Shown here piece by piece: positions 11,301 to 26,200 of a stretch of 64,000 nt of DNA (position 1 is the first letter of the stretch; each line of letters begins with the position of its first letter). The position numbers and the translations under genes were made by a program. The notes under the pieces were generated by a model, which did no database searches, was not told the DNA's origin, and worked only from the letters and a program-made list of their open reading frames with translations. This stretch comes from the human T2T-CHM13v2.0 reference genome, Homo sapiens: NCBI RefSeq assembly GCF_009914755.1, contig NC_060941.1; one strand, written 5' to 3'.

Positions 11301-14300
11301 TTGGAAACACACTATCTGTAGGATCTGCAAGCGGATACTTGGGCCTCCCTGAGGATTTCATTGGAAACGGGATAAACCGCACAGAACTAAACAGAAGCAT
11401 TCTCAGAACCTTCTTCGTGATGTTTGCATTCAACCCACAGTGTTGAACCTTTCTTTGATAGTTCAGGTTTGAAACACTCTTTTTGTAGAAACTGCAAGTG
11501 GATAACTGCACTTCTTTGAGGCCTATCGTAGTAAAGGAAATAACTTCCTATAAAAACAAGACAGAAGCTTTCTCAGAAAATTCTCTGGGATGATTGAGTT
11601 GAACTCACAGAGCAGTACTTTCCTTGGGATGGAGTAGTTTCGAAACACACTTTCTGTAGAATCTGCAAGTGGATATTTGGACCTGTCTGAGGAATTCGTT
11701 GCAAACGGGATAATTTCAGCTAAGTAAACAGAAGCAGTCTCAGAATCTTCTTGTGATGTTTGCATTCAAATCCCAGAATTGAACCTTCCTTTGAAAGTTC
11801 AGGTTGGAAACACTCTTTTTGCAGGATCTACAAGTGGATATTCGGACCACTCTGTGGACTTCGTTCGAAACGGGTATATCTTCACATAACATCTAGACAG
11901 AAGCATTCTCAGAAACTTTTCTGTGATGACTGCATTCAACTCACAGAGTTGAACACTCCTTTTGAGAGCGCAGTTTTGAAACTCTCTTTCTCTGGAATCT
12001 GCAAGGGGACATGCAGACCTCTTTTAAGGTTTCGTTGGAAACGGAATCATCTTCACATAAAAATTACACAGAAGCATCCTCAGGAACTCCTTGGTGATGT
12101 TTGTATTCAACTTCCAGAGTTGAACTTTCCTTCGGAAAGAGCAGCTATGAAACACTCTTTTTCTAGAATCTGCAAGTGGACATTGGGAGGGCTGTGAGGT
12201 TTGTGGTGGAAAAGGAAATATCTCCACATAAATACTAGATAGAAGCCTTCTCAGAAACTACTTTGTGATGATTGCATTCACCTCACGGAGTGGAGCATTC
12301 CTATTGACAGAGCAGTTTGGAAACACTCTTGTTGTAGAATCTGCTAGTGGAGATTTGGAGCGCTTTGAGGCCTATGGTAGTAAAGGGAAGAGCTTCACAT
12401 AAAATCTAGACAGAAGCATTCTCAGAAAATACTTTGTGATGATTGAGTTTAACACACAGAGCTGAACATTCCTTTGGATGGAGAAGGTTTGAAACACACT
12501 TTCTGTAGAATCTGCGAGTGGATATTTGGACCTCTCTGAGGATTTCGTTGGAAACGGGATAACTGCACCTAACTAAACGGAAGCATTCTCACAAAATTCT
12601 TTGTGATGTTTGCATTCAAATCCCAGAGTTGAACCTTCCTTTGATAGTTCAGCTTTGAAACACTCTTTTTGTATGATCTACAGGTGGATATTTGGACCAC
12701 TCTTTGGCCTTCGTTCGAAACGGGTACATCTTCAAATAAAATCTAGACAGAAGCCTTCTCAGAAACTTCTCTGTGACGATTGCATTCAACTCAAAGAGTT
12801 GAACCCTCCTATGGATAGAGCAGTTTTGAATCTCTCTTTTTGTGGAATCTGCAAGTGGATATGTGGTCCTCTTTGAAGATGTCTTTGGAAACGGGAATAT
12901 CTTCACATAAAAACTAAACAGAAGCATTCTCAGAAACTTCTCTGTGATGTTTGTGTTCAACTCACAGAGTTTCACGTTGCTTTTCATAGAGCAGATGAGA
13001 AACATGCTTTTCGTAGGGTCTGCAAGTGGACATTTGGAGAGCTTTCAGGCCTGTGGTGGAAAACGAATTATCGTCACGTAAAAACTAGAGAGAAGCATTT
13101 TCAGAAACTTGTTTGTGATGACTGCATTCAACTCACAGAGTTGAAGGTTCCTTTTCAAACAGCAGTTTCCAAACACTCTTTCTGTGGCATCTGCAAGTGG
13201 ATGTTTGGGCCTCTTTGAAGATTTCGTTGGAAACGGGATAATCTTCACAGAAAAGCTAAACAGAAGCATTCTCAGAAACTTCTTTGTGATGTTTGCTTTC
13301 AACTCACAGAGTTGAACTTTCCTTTTGAGAGAGAAGCTTTGAAACACTCTTTTTCTAGAATCTGCAAGTGGATATTTGGAGGGCTTTGAGGCCTGTGGTG
13401 GAAAAGGAATTATCTTCCCGTAAGAACTAGATAGATGCATTCTCAGAAACTACTTTGTGACGATTGCATTCAAGTCACAGAGGTGAACATTCCCTTTCAG
13501 AGAGCACTTTGGAAACTCTCGTTGTGTAGAATCTGCAAGTGGAGATATGGACCGCTTTGAGGCCTATGGTAGTAAAGGAAACAGCTTCATATAAAAACTA
13601 GACAGCAGCATTCTCAGAAAACTCTTTGTGACGACTGAGTTTAACACACAGGGCTGAACATTCCTTTGGATGGAGCAGTTTGGAAACACACTATCTGTAG
13701 GATCTGCAAGCAGATACTTGGGCCTCTCTGAGGATTTCGTTGGAAACGGGATAAACCGCACAGAACTAAACAGAAGCATTCTCAGAAACTTCTTCGTGAT
13801 GTTTGCATTCAACCCACAGTGTTGAACCTTTCTTTGATAGTTCAGGTTTGAAACACTCTTTTTGTAGAAACTGCAAGTGGATAACTGCACTTCTTTGAGG
13901 CCTATCGTAGTAAAGGAAATAACTTCCTATAAAAACAAGACAGAAGCTTTCTCAGAAAATTCTCTGGGATGATTGGATTGAACTCACAGAGCAGTACTTT
14001 CCTTGGGATGGAGTAGTTTCGAAACACTCTTTCTGTAGAATCTGCAAGTGGATATTTGGACCTGTCTGAGGAATTCGTTGCAAACGGGATAATTTCAGCT
14101 AAGTAAACAGAAGCAGTCTCAGAATCTTCTTGTGATGTTTGCATTCAAATCCCAGAATTGAGACTTCCTTTGAAAGTTCAGGTTGGAAACACTCTTTTTG
14201 CAGGATCTACAAGTGGATATTTGGACCACTCTGTGGACTTCGTTCGAAACGGGTATATCTTCACATAACATCTAGACAGAAGCATTCTCAGAAACTTTTC

Positions 14301-17300
14301 TGTGATGACTGCATTCAACTCACAGAGTTGAACACTCCTTTTGAGAGCGCAGTTTTGAAACTCTCTTTCTCTGGAATCTGCAAGGGGACATGCAGACCTC
14401 TTTGAAGGTTTCGTTGGAAACGGAATCATCTTCACATAAAAATTACACAGAAGCATCCTCAGGAACTCCTTGGTGATGTTTGTATTCAACTTCCAGAGTT
14501 GAACTTTCCTTCGGAAAGAACAGCTATGAAACACTCTTTTTCTAGAATTTGCAAGTGGACATTGGGAGGGCTGTGAGGTTTGTGGTGGAAAAGGAAATAT
14601 CTCCACATAAATACTAGATAGAAGCCTTCTCAGAAACTACTTTGTGATGATTGCATTCACCTCACGGAGTGGAGCATTCCTATTGACAGAGCAGTTTGGA
14701 AACACTCTTGTTGTAGAATCTCCTAGTGGAGATTTGGAGCGCTTTGAGGCCTATGGTAGTAAAGGGAAGAGCTTCACATAAAATCTAGACAGAAGCATTC
14801 TCAGAAAATACTTTGTGATGATTGAGTTTAACACACAGAGCTGAACATTCCTTTGGATGGAGAAGGTTTGAAACACACTTTCTGTAGAATCTGCGAGTGG
14901 ATATTTGGACCTCTCTGAGGACTTCGTTGGAAACGGGATAACTGCACCTAACTAAACGGAAGCATTCTCACAAAATTCTTTGTGATGTTTGCATTCAAAT
15001 CCCAGAGTTGAACCTTCCTTTGATAGTTCAGCTTTGAAACACTCTTTTTGTAGGATCTGCAAGTGGATACTTGGACCACTCTTTGGCCTTCGTTCGAAAC
15101 GGGTACATCTTCAAATAAAATCTAGACAGAAGCCTTCTCAGGAACTTCTCTGTGATGATTGCATTCAACTCAAAGAGTTGAACCCTCCTATGGATAGAGC
15201 AGTTTTGAATCTCTCTTTTTGTGGAATCTGCAAGTGGATATGTGGTCCTCTTTGAAGATGTCTTTGGAAACGGGAATATCTTCACATAAAAACTAAACAG
15301 AAGCATTCTCTGAAACTTCTCTGTGATGTTTGTGTTCAACTCACAGAGTTTCACGTTGCTTTTCATAGAGCAGATGAGAAACATGCTTTTCATAGGGTCT
15401 GCAAGTGGACATTTGGAGAGATTTCAGGCCTGTGGTGGAAAACGAATTATCGTCACGTAAAAACTAGAGAGAAGCATTGTCAGAAACTTGTTTGTGATGA
15501 CTGCATTCAACTCACAGAGTTGAAGGTTCCTTTTCAAACAGTAGTTTCCAAACACTCTTTCTGTGGCATCTGCAAGTGGATGTTTGGGCCTCTTTGAAGA
15601 TTTCGTTGGAAACGGGATAATCTTCACAGAAAAGCTAAACACAAGCATTCTCAGAAACTTCTTTGTGATGTTTGCTTTCAACTCACAGAGTTGAACTTTC
15701 CTTTTGAGAGAGAAGCTTTGAAACACTCTTTTTCTAGAATCTGCAAGTGGATATTTGGAGGGCTTTGAGGCCTGTGGTGGAAAAGGAATTATCTTCCCGT
15801 AAGAACTAGATAGATGCATTCTCAGAAACTACTTTGTGACGATTGCATTCAAGTCACAGAGGTGAACATTCCCTTTCAGAGAGCACTTTGGAAACTCTCG
15901 TTGTGTAGAATCTGCAAGTGGAGATATGGACCGCTTTGAGGCCTATGGTAGTAAAGGAAACAGCTTCATATAAAAACTAGACAGCAGCATTCTCAGAAAA
16001 CTCTTTGTGATGACTGAGTTTAACTCACAGGGCTGAACATTCCTTTGGATGGAGCAGTTTGGAAACACACTATCTGTAGGATCTGCAAGCGGATACTTGG
16101 GCCTCTCGGAGGATTTCGTTGGAAACGGGATAAACCGCACAGAACTAAACAGAAGCATTCTCAGAACCTTCTTCGTGATGTTTGCATTCAACCCACAGTG
16201 TTGAACCTTTCTTTGATAGTTCAGGTTTGAAACACTCTTTTAGTAGAAACTGCAAGTGGATAACTGCACTTCTTTGAGGCCTATCGTAGTAAAGGAAATA
16301 ACTTCCTATAAAAACAAGACAGAAGCTTTCTCAGAAAAATCTCTGGGATGATTGTGTTGAACTCACAGAGCAGTACTTTCCTTGGGATGGAGTAGTTTCG
16401 AAACACACTTTCTGTAGAATCTGCAAGTGGATATTTGGACCTGTCTGAGGAATTCGTTGCAAACGGGATAATTTCAGCTAAGTAAACAGAAGCAGTCTCA
16501 GAATCTTCTTGTGATGTTTGCATTCAAATCCCAGAATTGAGACTTCCTTTGAAAGTTCAGGTTGGAAACACTCTTTTTGCAGGATCTACAAGTGGATATT
16601 CGGACCACTCTGTGGACTTCGTTCGAAATGGGTATATCTTCACATAACATCTAGACAGAAGCATTCTCAGAAACTTTTCTGTGATGACTGCATTCAACTC
16701 ACAGAGTTGAACACTCCTTTTGAGAGCGCAGTTTTGAAACTCTCTTTCTCTGGAATCTGCAAGGGGACATGCAGACCTCTTTGAAGGTTTCGTTGGAAAC
16801 GGAATCATCTTCACATAAAAATTACACAGAAGCATCCTCAGGAACTCCTTGGTGATGTTTGTATTCAACTTCCAGAGTTGAACTTTCCTTCGGAAAGAGC
16901 AGCTATGAAACACTCTTTTTCTAGAATCTGCAAGTGGACATTGGGAGGGCTGTGAGGTTTGTGGTGGAAAAGGAAATATCTCCACATAAATACTAGATAG
17001 AAGCCTTCTCAGAAACTACTTTGTGATGATTGCATTCACCTCACGGAGTGGAGCATTCCTATTGACAGAGCAGTTTGGAAACACTCTTGTTGTAGAATCT
17101 GCTAGTGGAGATTTGGAGCGCTTTGAGGCCTATGGTAGTAAAGGGAAGAGCTTCACATAAAATCTAGACAGAAGCATTCTCAGAAAATACTTTGTGATGA
17201 TTGAGTTTAACACACAGAGCTGAACATTCCTTTGGATGGAGAAGGTTTGAAACACACTTTCTGTAGAATCTGCGAGTGGATATTTGGACCTCTCTGAGGA

Positions 17301-20300
17301 TTTCGTTGGAAACGGGATAACTGCACCTAACTAAACGGAAGCATTCTCACAAAATTCTTTGTGATGTTTGCATTCAAATCCCAGAGTTGAACCTTCCTTT
17401 GATAGTTCAGCTTTGAAACACTCTTTTTGTAGGATCTGCAAGTGGATATTTGGACCACTCTTTGGCCTTCCTTCGAAACGGGTACATCTTCAAATAAAAT
17501 CTAGACCGAAGCCTTCTCAGAAACTTCTCTGTGACGATTGCATTCAACTCAAAGAGTTGAACCCTCCTATGGATAGAGCAGTTTTGAATCTCTCTTTTTG
17601 TGGAATCTGCAAGTGGATATGTGGTCCTCTTTGAAGATGTCTTTGGAAACGGGAATATCTTCACATAAAAACTAAACAGAAGCATTCTCAGAAACTTCTC
17701 TGTGATGTTTGTGTTCAACTCACAGAGTTTCACGTTGCTTTTCATAGAGCAGATGAGAAACATGCTTTTCGTAGGGTCTGCAAGTGGACATTTGGAGAGC
17801 TTTCAGGCCTGTGGTGGAAAACGAATTATCGTCACGTAAAAACTAGAGAGAAGCATTGTCAGAAACTTGTTTGTGATGACTGCATTCAACTCACAGAGAT
17901 GAAGGTTCCTTTTCAAACAGCAGTTTCCAAACACTCTTTCTGTGGCATCTGCAAGTGGATGTTTGGGCCTCTTTGAAGATTTCGTTGGAAACGGGATAAT
18001 ATTCACAGAAAAGCTAAACAGAAGCATTCTCAGAAACTTCTTTGTGATGTTTGCTTTCAACTCACAGAGTTGAACTTTCCTTTTGAGAGAGAAGCTTTGA
18101 AACACTCTTTTTCTAGAATCTGCAAGTGGATATTTGGAGGGCTTTGAGGCCTGTGGTGGAAAAGGAATTATCTTCCCGTAAGAACTAGATAGATGCATTC
18201 TCAGAAACTACTTTGTGACGATTGCATTCAAGTCACAGAGGTGAACATTCCCTTTCAGAGAGCACTTTGGAAACTCTCGTTGTGTAGAATCTGCAAGTGG
18301 AGATATGGACCGCTTTGAGGCCTATGGTAGTAAAGGAAACAGCTTCATATAAAAACTAGACAGCAGCATTCTCAGAAAACTCTTTGTGACGACTGAGTTT
18401 AACTCACAGGGCTGAACATTCCTTTGGATGGAGCAGTTTGGAAACACACTATCTGTAGGATCTGCAAGCGGATACTTGGGCCTCCCTGAGGATTTCGTTG
18501 GAAACGGGATAAACCGCACAGAACTAAACAGAAGCATTCTCAGAACCTTCTTCGTGATGTTTGCATTCAACCCACAGTGTTGAACCTTTCTTTGATAGTT
18601 CAGGTTTGAAACACTCTTTTTGTAGAAACTGCAAGTGGATAACTGCACTTCTTTGAGGCCTATCGTAGTAAAGGAAATAACTTCCTATAAAAACAAGACA
18701 GAAGCTTTCTCAGAAAATTCTCTGGGATGATTGAGTTGAACTCACAGAGCAGTACTTTCCTTGGGATGGAGTAGTTTCGAAACACACTTTCTGTAGAATC
18801 TGCAAGTGGATATTTGGACCTGTCTGAGGAATTCGTTGCAAACGGGATAAATTCAGCTAAGTAAACAGAAGCAGTCTCAGAATCTTCTTGTGATGTTTGC
18901 ATTCAAAGCCCAGAATTGAACCTTCCTTTGAAAGTTCAGGTTGGAAACACTCTTTTTGCAGGATCTACAAGTGGATATTCGGACCACTCTGTGGACTTCG
19001 TTCGAAACGGGTATATCTTCACATAACATCTAGACAGAAGCATTCTCAGAAACTTTTCTGTGATGACTGCATTCAACTCACAGAGTTGAACACTCCTTTT
19101 GAGAGCGCAGTTTTGAAACTCTCTTTCTCTGGAATCTGCAAGGGGACATGCAGACCTCTTTGAAGGTTTCGTTGAAAACGGAATCATCTTCACATAAAAA
19201 TTACACAGAAGCATCCTCAGGAACTCCTTGGTGATGATTGTATTCAACTTCCAGAGTTGAACTTTCCTTCGGAAAGAGCAGCTATGAAACACTCTTTTTC
19301 TAGAATCTGCAAGTGGACATTGGGAGGGCTGTGAGGTTTGTGGTGGAAAAGGAAATATCTCCACATAAATACTAGATAGAAGCCTTCTCAGAAACTACTT
19401 TGTGATGATTGCATTCACCTCACGGAGTGGAGCATTCCTATTGACAGAGCAGTTTGGAAACACTCTTGTTGTAGAATCGGCTAGTGGAGATTTGGAGCGC
19501 TTTGAGGCCTATGGTAGTAAAGGGAAGAGCTTCACATAAAATCTAGACAGAAGCATTCTCAGAAAATACTTTGTGATGATTGAGTTTAACACACAGAGCT
19601 GAACATTCCTTTGGATGGAGAAGGTTTGAAACACACTTTCTGTAGAATCTGCGAGTGGATATTTGGACCTCTCTGAGGATTTCGTTGGAAACGGGATAAC
19701 TGCACCTAACTAAACGGAAGCATTCTCACAAGATTCTTTGTGAAGTTTGCATTCAAATCCCAGAGTTGAACCTTCCTTTGATAGTTCAGCTTTGAAACAC
19801 TCTTTTTGTAGGATCTGCAAGTGGATACTTGGACCACTCTTTGGCCTTCGTTCGAAACGGGTACATCTTCAAATAAAATCTAGACAGAAGCCTTCTCAGG
19901 AACTTCTCTGTGATGATTGCATTCAACTCAAAGAGTTGAACCCTCCTATGGATAGAGCAGTTTTGAATCTCTCTTTTTGTGGAATCTGCAAGTGGATATG
20001 TGGTCCTCTTTGAAGATGTCTTTGGAAACGGGAATATCTTCACATAAAAACTAAACAGAAGCATTCTCAGAAACTTCTCTGTGATGTTTGTGTTCAACTC
20101 ACAGAGTTTCACGTTGCTTTTCATAGAGCAGATGAGAAACATGCTTTTCGTAGGGTCTGCAAGTGGACATTTGGAGAGATTTCAGGCCTGTGGTGGAAAA
20201 CGAATTATCGTCACGTAAAAACTAGAGAGAAGCATTGTCAGAAACTTGTTTGTGATGACTGCATTCAACTCACAGAGTTGAAGGTTCCTTTTCAAACAGA

Positions 20301-22099
20301 AGTTTCCAAACACTCTTTCTGTGGCATCTGCAAGTGGATGTTTGGGCCTCTTTGAAGATTTCGTTGGAAACGGGATAATCTTCACAGAAAAGCTAAACAG
20401 AAGCATTCTCAGAAACTTCTTTGTGATGTTTGCTTTCAACTCACAGAGTTGAACTTTCCTTTTGAGAGAGAAGCTTTGAAACACTCTTTTTCTAGAATCT
20501 GCAAGTGGATATTTGGAGGGCTTTGAGGCCTGTGGTGGAAAAGGATTTATCTTCCCGTAAGAACTAGATAGATGCATTCTCAGAAACTACTTTGTGACGA
20601 TTGCATTCAAGTCACAGAGGTGAACATTCCCTTTCAGAGAGCACTTTGGAAACTCTCGTTGTGTAGAATCTGCAAGTGGAGATATGGACCGCTTTGAGGC
20701 CTATGGTAGTAAAGGAAACAGCTTCATATAAAAACTAGACAGCAGCATTCTCAGAAAACTCTTTGTGACGACTGAGTTAAACTCACAGGGCTGAACATTC
20801 CTTTGGATGGAGCAGTTTGGAAACACACTATCTGTAGGATCTGCAAGCGGATACTTGGGCCTCTCTGAGGATTTCGTTGGAAACGGGATAAACCGCACAG
20901 AACTAAACAGAAGCATTCTCAGAACCTTCTTCGTGATGTTTGCATTCAACCCACAGTGTTGAACCTTTCTTCGATAGTTCAGGTTTGAAACACTCTTTTT
21001 GTAGAAACTGCAAGTGGATAACTGCACTTCTTTGAGGCCTATCGTAGTAAAGGAAATAACTTCCTATAAAAACAAGACAGAAGCTTTCTCAGAAAATTCT
21101 CTGGGATGATTGAGTTGAACTCACAGAGCAGTACTTTCCTTGGGATGGAGTAGTTTCGAAACACACTTTTTGTAGAATCTGCAAGTGGATATTTGGACCT
21201 GTCTGAGGAATTCGTTGCAAACGGGATAATTTCAGCTAAGTAAACAGAAGCAGTCTCAGAATCTTCTTGTGATGTTTGCATTCAAATCTCAGAATTGAAC
21301 CTTCCTTTGAAAGTTCAGGTTGGAAACACTCTTTTTGCAGGATCTACAAGTGGATATTCGGACCACTCTGTGGACTTCGTTCGAAACGGGTATATCTTCA
21401 CATAACATCTAGACAGAAGCATTCTCAGAAACTTTTCTGTGATGACTGCATTCAACACACAGAGTTGAACACTCCTTTTGAGAGCGCAGTTTTGAAAATC
21501 TCTTTCTCTGGAATCTGCAAGGGGACATGCAGACCTCTTTGAAGGTTTCGTTGGAAACGGAATCATCTTCACATAAAAATTACACAGAAGCATCCTCAGG
21601 AACTCCTTGGTGATGTTTGTATTCAACTTCCAGAGTTGAACTTTCCTTTCGAAAGAGCAGCCATGAAACACTCTTTTTCTAGAATCTGCAAGTGGACATT
21701 GGGAGGGCTGTGAGGTTTGTGGTGGAAAAGGAAATATCTCCACATAAATACTAGATAGAAGCCTTCTCAGAAACTACTTTGTGATGATTGCATTCACCTC
21801 ACGGAGTGGAGCATTCCTATTGACAGAGCAGTTTGGAAACACTCTTGTTGTAGAATCTGCTAGTGGAGATTTGGAGCGCTTTGAGGCCTATGGTAGTAAA
21901 GGGAAGAGCTTCACATAAAATCTAGACAGAAGCATTCTCAGAAAATACTTTGTGATGATTGAGTTTAACACACAGAGCTGAACATTCCTTTGGATGGAGA
22001 AGGTTTGAAACACACTTTCTGTAGAATCTGCGAGTGGATATTTGGACCTCTCTGAGGATTTCGTTGGAAACGGGATAACTGCACCTAACTAAACGGAAG

Positions 22100-23292
22100 C
22101 ATTCTCACAAAATTCTTTGTGATGTTTGCATTCAAATCCCAGAGTTGAACCTTCCTTTGATAGTTCAGCTTTGAAACACTCTTTTTGTAGGTTCTGCAGG
22201 TGGATATTTTGACCACACTTTGGCCTTCATTCGAAAAGGGTACATCTTCAAATAAAATCTAGACAGAAGCCTTCTCAGAAACTTCTCTGTGACGATTGCA
22301 TTCAACTCAAAGCGTTGAACCCTCCTATGGATAGAGCAGTTTTGAATCTCTCTTTTTGTGGAATCTGCAAGTGGATATGTGGTCCTCTTTAAAGATGTCA
22401 TTGGAAACGGGAACATCTTCACATAAAAACTAAACAGAAGCATTCTCAGAAACTTCTCTGTGATGTTTGTGTTCAACTCACAGAGTTTCACGTTGCTTTT
22501 CATAGAGCAGATGAGAAACATACTTTTCGTAGGGTCTGCAAGTGGACATTTGGAGAGATTTCAGGCCTGTGGTGGAAAACGAATTATCGTCACGTAAAAA
22601 CTAGAGAGAAGCATTGTCAGAAACTTGTTTGTGATGACTGCATTCAACTCACAGAGTTGCAGGTTCCTTTTCAAACAGTAGTTTCCAAACACTCTTTCTG
22701 TGGCATCTGCAAGTGGATGTTTGGGCCTCTTTGAAGATTTCGTTGGAAACGGGATAATCTTCACAGAAAAGCTAAACAGAAGCATTCTCAGAAACTTCTT
22801 TGTGATGTTTGCTTTCAACTCACAGAGTTGAACTTTCCTTTTGAGAGAGAAGCTTTGAAACACTCTTTTTCTAGAATCTGCAAGTGGATATTTGGAGGGC
22901 TTTGAGGCCTGTGGTGGAAAAGGAATTATCTTCCCGTAAGAACTAGATAGATGCATTCTCAGAAACTACTTTGTGACGATTGCATTCAAGTCACAGAGGT
23001 GAACATTCCCTTTCAGAGAGCACTTTGGAAACTCTCGTTGTGTAGAATCTGCAAGTGGAGATATGGACCGCTTTGAGGCCTATGGTAGTAAAGGAAACAG
23101 CTTCATATAAAAACTAGACAGCAGCATTCTCAGAAAACTCTTTGTGATGACTGAGTTTAACTCACAGGGCTGAACATTCCTTTGGATGGAGCAGTTTGGA
23201 AACACACTATCTGTAGGATCTGCAAGCGGATACTTGGGCCTCTCTGAGGATTTCGTTGGAAACGGGATAAACCGCACAGAACTAAACAGAAG
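22100..23292 (+). repeat. 7-mer variant HOR, 1193 bp (m5-m11), followed by a hybrid m12/m5 monomer starting at 23293
   Basis: Homologous ORFs at 22165 and 23358 are 1193 apart. The monomer at 23293 starts as m12 (CAACCCACAGTGTTGAACCTTTC) and continues as m5 (GCTTTGAAAC...GGATCTGCAGG). EcoRI interval 21208-24780 is 3572 bp. Confidence 0.95.
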
Positions 23293-26200
23293 CATTCTCA
23301 GAACCTTCTTCGTGATGTTTGCATTCAACCCACAGTGTTGAACCTTTCTTTGATAGTTCAGCTTTGAAACACTCTTTTTGTAGGATCTGCAGGTGGATAT
23401 TTGGACCACTCTTTGGCCTTCGTTCGAAACGGGTACATCTTCAAATAAAATCTAGACAGAAGCCTTCTCAGAAACTTCTCTGTGACGATTGCATTCAACT
23501 CAAAGAGTTGAACCCTCCTATGGATAGAGCAGTTTTGAATCTCTCTTTTTGTGGAATCTGCAAGTGGATATGTGGTCCTCTTTGAAGATGTCTTTGGAAA
23601 CGGGAATATCTTCACATAAAAACTAAACAGAAGCATTCTCAGAAACTTCTCTGTGATGTTTGTGTTCAACTCACAGAGTTTCACGTTGCTTTTCATAGAG
23701 CAGATGAGAAACATGCTTTTCGTAGGGTCTGCAAGTGGACATTTGGAGAGATTTCAGGCCTGTGGTGGAAAACGAATTATCGTCACGTAAAAACTAGAGA
23801 GAGGCATTGTCAGAAACTTGTTTGTGATGACTGCATTCAACTCACAGAGTTGAAGGTTCCTTTTCAAACAGCAGTTTCCAAACACTCTTTCTGTGGCATC
23901 TGCAAGTGGATGTTTGGGCCTCTTTGAAGATTTCGTTGGAAACGGGATACTCTTCACAGAAAAGCTAAACAGAAGCATTCTCAGAAACTTCTTTGTGATG
24001 TTTGCTTTCAACTCACAGAGTTGAACTTTCCTTTTGAGAGAGAAGCTTTGAAACACTCTTTTTCTAGAATCTGCAAGTGGATATTTGGAGGGCTTTGAGG
24101 CCTGTGGTGGAAAAGGAATTAGCTTCCCGTAAGAACTAGATAGATGCATTCTCAGAAACTACTTTGTGACGATTGCATTCAAGTCACAGAGGTGAACATT
24201 CCCTTTCAGAGAGCACTTTGGAAACTCTCGTTGTGTAGAATCTGCAAGTGGAGATATGGACCGCTTTGAGGCCTATGGTAGTAAAGGAAACAGCTTCATA
24301 TAAAAACTAGACAGCAGCATTCTCAGAAAACTCTTTGTGACGACTGAGTTTAACTCACAGGGCTGAACATTCCTTTGGATGGAGCAGTTTGGAAACACAC
24401 TATCTGTAGGATCTGCAAGCGGATACTTGGGCCTCCCTGAGGATTTCGTTGGAAACGGGATAAACCGCACAGAACTAAACAGAAGCATTCTCAGAACCTT
24501 CTTCGTGATGTTTGCATTCAACCCACAGTGTTGAACCTTTCTTTGATAGTTCAGGTTTGAAACACTCTTTTTGTAGAAACTGCAAGTGGATAACTGCACT
24601 TCTTTGAGGCCTATCGTAGTAAAGGAAATAACTTCCTATAAAAACAAGACAGAAGCTTTCTCAGAAAATTCTCTGGGATGATTGAGTTGAACTCACAGAG
24701 CAGTACTTTCCTTGGGATGGAGTAGTTTCGAAACACACTTTCTGTAGAATCTGCAAGTGGATATTTGGACCTGTCTGAGGAATTCGTTGCAAACGGGATA
24801 ATTTCAGCTAAGTAAACAGAAGCAGTCTCAGAATCTTCTTGTGATGTTTGCATTCAAATCCCAGAATTGAACCTTCCTTTGAAAGTTCAGGTTGGAAACA
24901 CTCTTTTTGCAGGATCTACAAGTGGATATTCGGACCACTCTGTGGACTTCGTTCGAAACGGGTATATCTTCACATAACATCTAGACAGAAGCATTCTCAG
25001 AAACTTTTCTGTGATGACTGCATTCAACACACAGAGTTGAACACTCCTTTTGAGAGCACAGTTTTGAAAATCTCTTTCTCTGGAATCTGCAAGGGGACAT
25101 GCAGACCTCTTTGAAGGTTTCGTTGGAAACGGAATCATCTTCACATAAAAATTACACAGAAGCATCCTCAGGAACTCCTTGGTGATGTTTGTATTCAACT
25201 TCCAGAGTTGAACTTTCCTTCGGAAAGAGCAGCTATGAAACACTCTTTTTCTAGAATCTGCAAGTGGACATTGGGAGGGCTGTGAGGTTTGTGGTGGAAA
25301 AGGAAATATCTCCACATAAATACTAGATAGAAGCCTTCTCAGAAACTACTTTGTGATGATTGCATTCACCTCACGGAGTGGAGCATTCCTATTGACAGAG
25401 CAGTTTGGAAACACTCTTGTTGTAGAATCGGCTAGTGGAGATTTGGAGCGCTTTGAGGCCTATGGTAGTAAAGGGAAGAGCTTCACATAAAATCTAGACA
25501 GAAGCATTCTCAGAAAATACTTTGTGATGATTGAGTTTAACACACAGAGCTGAACATTCCTTTGGATGGAGAAGGTTTGAAACACACTTTCTGTAGAATC
25601 TGCGAGTGGATATTTGGACCTCTCTGAGGATTTCGTTGGAAACGGGATAACTGCACCTAACTAAACGGAAGCATTCTCACAAAATTCTTTGTGATGTTTG
25701 CATTCAAATCCCAGAGTTGAACCTTCCTTTGATAGTTCAGCTTTGAAACACTCTTTTTGTAGGATCTGCAAGTGGATATTTGGACCACTCTTTGGCCTTC
25801 GTTCGAAACGGGTACATCTTCAAATAAAATCTAGACAGAAGCCTTCTCAGAAACTTCTCTGTGACGATTGCATTCAACCCAAAGAGTTGAACCCTCCTAT
25901 GGATAGAGCAGTTTTGAATCTCTCTTTTTGTGGAATCTGCAAGTGGATATGTGGTCCTCTTTGAAGATGTCTTTGGAAACGGGAATATCTTCACATAAAA
26001 ACTAAACAGAAGCATTCTCAGAAACTTCTCTGTGATGTTTGTGTTCAACTCACAGAGTTTCACGTTGCTTTTCATAGAGCAGATGAGAAACATGCTTTTC
26101 GTAGGGTCTGCAAGTGGACATTTGGAGAGCTTTCAGGCCTGTGGTGGAAAACGAATTATCGTCACGTAAAAACTAGAGAGAAGCATTGTCAGAAACTTGT

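Larger units (their letters stand above)
1..22099 (+). repeat. Uninterrupted run of about 9.3 canonical 2379-bp HORs
   Basis: Homologous ORF starts at 715, 3094, 5473, 7852, 10231, 12610, 14989, 17368, 19747, each exactly 2379 apart; EcoRI sites from 2176 to 21208. Confidence 0.97.

Noticed and set aside
11760-12197. Uniquely long 145-aa + strand ORF
   Set aside because: Caused by a single G>T substitution near 12025 that removes a stop codon in one repeat copy; no coding evidence.
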